From the NCBI GenBank assembly GCA_965247125.1, contig CBDFGO010000002.1, forward strand, positions 1,062,379-1,126,378: a stretch of 64,000 nucleotides of DNA, in the 5' to 3' direction. How positions within the stretch are numbered: position 1 is the first letter of the stretch; every line of letters starts with the position of its first letter. Below are positions 61,468-64,000 of this stretch, in pieces. The notes beneath the pieces are model-generated. The model worked only from the letters and a program-made list of their open reading frames with translations. It was not told the DNA's origin and did no database searches. This DNA is from Rhodothermales bacterium. GTDB lineage: Bacteria; Bacteroidota; Rhodothermia; Rhodothermales; UBA10348. The translations under genes were made by a program, and so were the position numbers.

Positions 61468-64000
61468 TTATTTCACGACTCTCATCACTGCTTTCATGGT
61501 TACTCGATGTCCCGGGAAAGTGCAGAGCACATCGTAGTCGCCGGGCTCCATTGGGGCTGTGAACTCCAGAATTTCGTATTTCTGGTAGCTGAGGAGATCG
61601 GACGCTGCGATAATCTTGTCAGTCTCGGGGATAAACGCTGCCGCAAATCCGTCTGCGCCAAGCGCGTCTGCCGCCGAGCCGATTTCATCCAGAGATCCAG
61701 GTTCACCGACTACAATGTTGTGTGGTGTCCAGTCTTCGTTCTCAAACCACACCTTGACCGCTTGGCCGGCCTGGACGGTGAATGTGGGCACATCATAGCG
61801 CATTTCATCGGGAACGGTTCTGATCACGATGGCATCTTCATCCGGCTCGGGATTGTCAGATCCTGCTTCATCGTCCGGCATCTGGCCCACACCAGTTTGG
61901 GAGGCGGCGCCGTGATCCCACATTTGTGCGACCGTTCTGGCCGCGATTCGGGCGTGATCCACCGGCGAGCTGAGCAATACATCGAGCAGATCCCGATTGA
62001 TGACATTGTGCTGCTGGTGGAGCCAGAGAGCTTCCAGTAGATGGTGTGCATCGGACGCATCAGTCGGGTCGAACTGTTCCAACCATTTCTCAAGAGCGGC
62101 CATCACCTCACCCGTGTTTCGCTCAGAAAGCTCGACTCGTGCGCGTTGCCTGATCCCGTTGATCGGATGTTCGAGCACGGCCAACAGATCAGAAATGGAC
62201 TGTCCGTCGATGCTGACATGTTCCGATAACGGGCGCCCGGTGGCAGTGATCCGGTAGATCCGGCCGTGTTCATGATCGCGGGCGGGATCGCGGATGTTAT
62301 GCTGCATGTGGCCAATGATGGCGTTCGCCCAATCCGACACATACAACGCGCCATCGTCGCCAATCTCAAAGTCAGAAGGCCGGAAATTCAGATCGTCGGA
62401 TACAAGAAGATCAGTTGTCTCCGTACCGTTCACATCGCCGGTCAGCGTATCGAAGGAAAGCGTGTATTGCTTGATGCCCAGAAAGGCGATTACGTTCAAC
62501 AGGATGAAGTTTCCCTCGAGGCTCGGCGGTAGATGTGCGCTGGATAGAATTCCGCTGGATGTAACCGGTCTTACCGTGTTCTCAAGCAGTTTTCGCATGC
62601 TGAACGAGCCGTCGGCGTTCGGCTTTACCTGAAAAGCGCGGCCACCGGTCGCGTCGGTCGCGTAGTGATATCCCCAATAGTCGAAGGCGGTACCATGTGC
62701 GTTTGGAGGGTTCGTCGCGTGAAAGCTGAATTCAGACGTGCGCGGATTGAACCGGTACATTCCTGAGGTGTCGGACTCCTGATTCGTAGTCCAGGGCGTC
62801 TCGACATTTGAGACGTTAAAGACGCCTCTCTGATAATAAATGAAACCGTCGGGTCCGTAAAAGAAGTTGTTTGCCGAATGATGGGTGTCCGCAGAGCCCA
62901 GGGCTCCCATGATTCGGATGCGAACATCTGCCACGTCATCGCCGTCCGTGTCCTTGAGAAAAATCAGGTCAGGCACCGAGGCTACGATGACACCGCCATT
63001 CCAGAACTCAAAACCGGTTGGATTGTGAACGTATGCGAACGTGATCGCCGTGTCTGCCACGCCGTCACGGTTTTCGTCGGGCAGGATCAACAGTCGATCA
63101 TCCATCTCTCGGGTTGGCTCCCATTTGGGATAGGTTGCCCACGTTGCCGCCCACATCCGGCCCCGAGTATCGATCCCTAGCTGCACTGGGTTTACGAGCT
63201 CGGGAAACATGTCCTCCGAGGCGAAGAGATTGGCCTGGAGTCCTTCCTGGAGTCGCATCTTCGATATCGCTTCCTCGGCATCCGTGTATTGAAGGGTACC
63301 CGTTTTACTTACTCCGTCCTGAAGTTGCTCTTCATCCAGGTTCGAGATTACTTCGATGGGTTCTGGCACATCAGAATCGTCTGCCTGAGCGGATTCTCCG
63401 CGGGCGGCAGCCCAAATTACAGGATCGCGATTGGCTGTCATGTAGTCGAGCTGCACGAGCTCTCTTTGCAAGACCACAAAGTTGGTTTGATCGTCGGTGA
63501 ATTCAAGCGTAGAGCGGCCGCCCCAGACGTCGTTCCCATCGGTGGCGCGGTAGCGATTGAACCAGTGCCGGTTTTTGTCGAGAACGGCGGTACGAACCTC
63601 TTCAAGCCTCGAGGTTCGCGTCCGGGAGCGTCGGCCCAACAAAGAGTTGACAATTACTTTTGCGATCTCTCGGTTACCCTCACTTCCCAGGTGAACGCCG
63701 TTGATGGTGAGCGGCGCTTTCCGTCTCTTGTAAAGCCGTTGCGAGGCGTCGAACAGGTTGATGAAGGGGACACCCTTCGCCGTGGCGACCGCCTCCATTT
63801 CGGCCGTGTAAGCGGCAAGACGCGTGTTGCTTTCGGTCCCGTCCGGTAGATTTGGATCGTTCAGATCTTCGTGCGCAATCGGAGAGAAAAGCACAATTCG
63901 GGGTGCGCCGTCTCCAGAATAATTCTTCGTACGCGTGCTGTCGATCCACTGGGTCAGTTCTTCGCCGAATCCGGAAGGATCCTCGTCAAACGATTCGTTG
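61468..64000 (-). CDS. PVC-type membrane-bound-dehydrogenase-like protein with an N-terminal SGNH/GDSL-like region, HEAT-like repeats and a C-terminal azurin-like blue-copper domain (5' end beyond the window)
   Basis: The frame is open from 61468 to the right edge. The dehydrogenase-domain signature reads LQANLFASEDMFPELVNPVQLGIDTRGRMWAATWATYP. The C-terminus WTPHNIVV...DYDVLCTFPGHRVTMKAVM matches the azurin ligand pattern H...C-T-F-P-G-H-x4-M. Confidence 0.75.
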   Translation of the reverse strand, partial: NESFDEDPSGFGEELTQWIDSTRTKNYSGDGAPRIVLFSPIAHEDLNDPNLPDGTESNTRLAAYTAEMEAVATAKGVPFINLFDASQRLYKRRKAPLTINGVHLGSEGNREIAKVIVNSLLGRRSRTRTSRLEEVRTAVLDKNRHWFNRYRATDGNDVWGGRSTLEFTDDQTNFVVLQRELVQLDYMTANRDPVIWAAARGESAQADDSDVPEPIEVISNLDEEQLQDGVSKTGTLQYTDAEEAISKMRLQEGLQANLFASEDMFPELVNPVQLGIDTRGRMWAATWATYPKWEPTREMDDRLLILPDENRDGVADTAITFAYVHNPTGFEFWNGGVIVASVPDLIFLKDTDGDDVADVRIRIMGALGSADTHHSANNFFYGPDGFIYYQRGVFNVSNVETPWTTNQESDTSGMYRFNPRTSEFSFHATNPPNAHGTAFDYWGYHYATDATGGRAFQVKPNADGSFSMRKLLENTVRPVTSSGILSSAHLPPSLEGNFILLNVIAFLGIKQYTLSFDTLTGDVNGTETTDLLVSDDLNFRPSDFEIGDDGALYVSDWANAIIGHMQHNIRDPARDHEHGRIYRITATGRPLSEHVSIDGQSISDLLAVLEHPINGIRQRARVELSERNTGEVMAALEKWLEQFDPTDASDAHHLLEALWLHQQHNVINRDLLDVLLSSPVDHARIAARTVAQMWDHGAASQTGVGQMPDDEAGSDNPEPDEDAIVIRTVPDEMRYDVPTFTVQAGQAVKVWFENEDWTPHNIVVGEPGSLDEIGSAADALGADGFAAAFIPETDKIIAASDLLSYQKYEILEFTAPMEPGDYDVLCTFPGHRVTMKAVMRVVK

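Overview
This is a 64-kb, moderately GC-rich chromosomal segment. Three proteins end in the YPNPF-type Por/T9SS C-terminal sorting domain, so the source bacterium uses type IX secretion and is FCB-group-like (Bacteroidota, Rhodothermota or relatives). I see no transposases, integrases, CRISPR arrays, rRNA or tRNA. About 45 genes fall into blocks. (1) Housekeeping genes: nusB (edge fragment), comEC, tandem Usp, pgi, moeA and a GntR regulator. (2) A signalling island at 7.4-17 kb. It holds two receiver-first histidine kinases, a 1379-aa propeller-type hybrid kinase and an NtrC-type sigma-54 activator. Two sigma-54-like promoters there sit in front of a 71-aa ORF and a group-3 sigma factor. (3) A T9SS cargo cluster at 17-25.6 kb: a four-repeat CBM2-like protein, a BNR/sortilin-like protein and an M14 peptidase. 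A 5 x 16-bp tandem repeat there contains a stop codon. (4) The most interesting locus, at 26.7-37.5 kb. A mobA / fused FeS-NrfD / Tat-less Psr/Soe-type molybdoenzyme / TorD-like operon converges on SulP, a CstB-like dioxygenase-rhodanese and split YeeE/YedE genes. I read this as a candidate cytoplasmic sulfur-oxidation module. (5) recJ, a GAF kinase, a Ser/Thr kinase, and two PVC-type dehydrogenase-like paralogs that carry heme c in one and an azurin-like domain in the other. (6) A complete 7-gene reductive pyrimidine catabolism operon at 50.3-59.8 kb. Four genes carry ORF-disrupting oddities: an in-frame TGA in comEC, a homopolymer frameshift in usp, a kinase with no canonical start codon, and a frameshifted NAD(P)-binding gene. 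These suggest either assembly errors or gene decay. The AT-rich 437-bp gap at 3.45-3.88 kb carries a cluster of DnaA-box-like 9-mers. All functional calls come from reading motifs by eye; no database search was possible.
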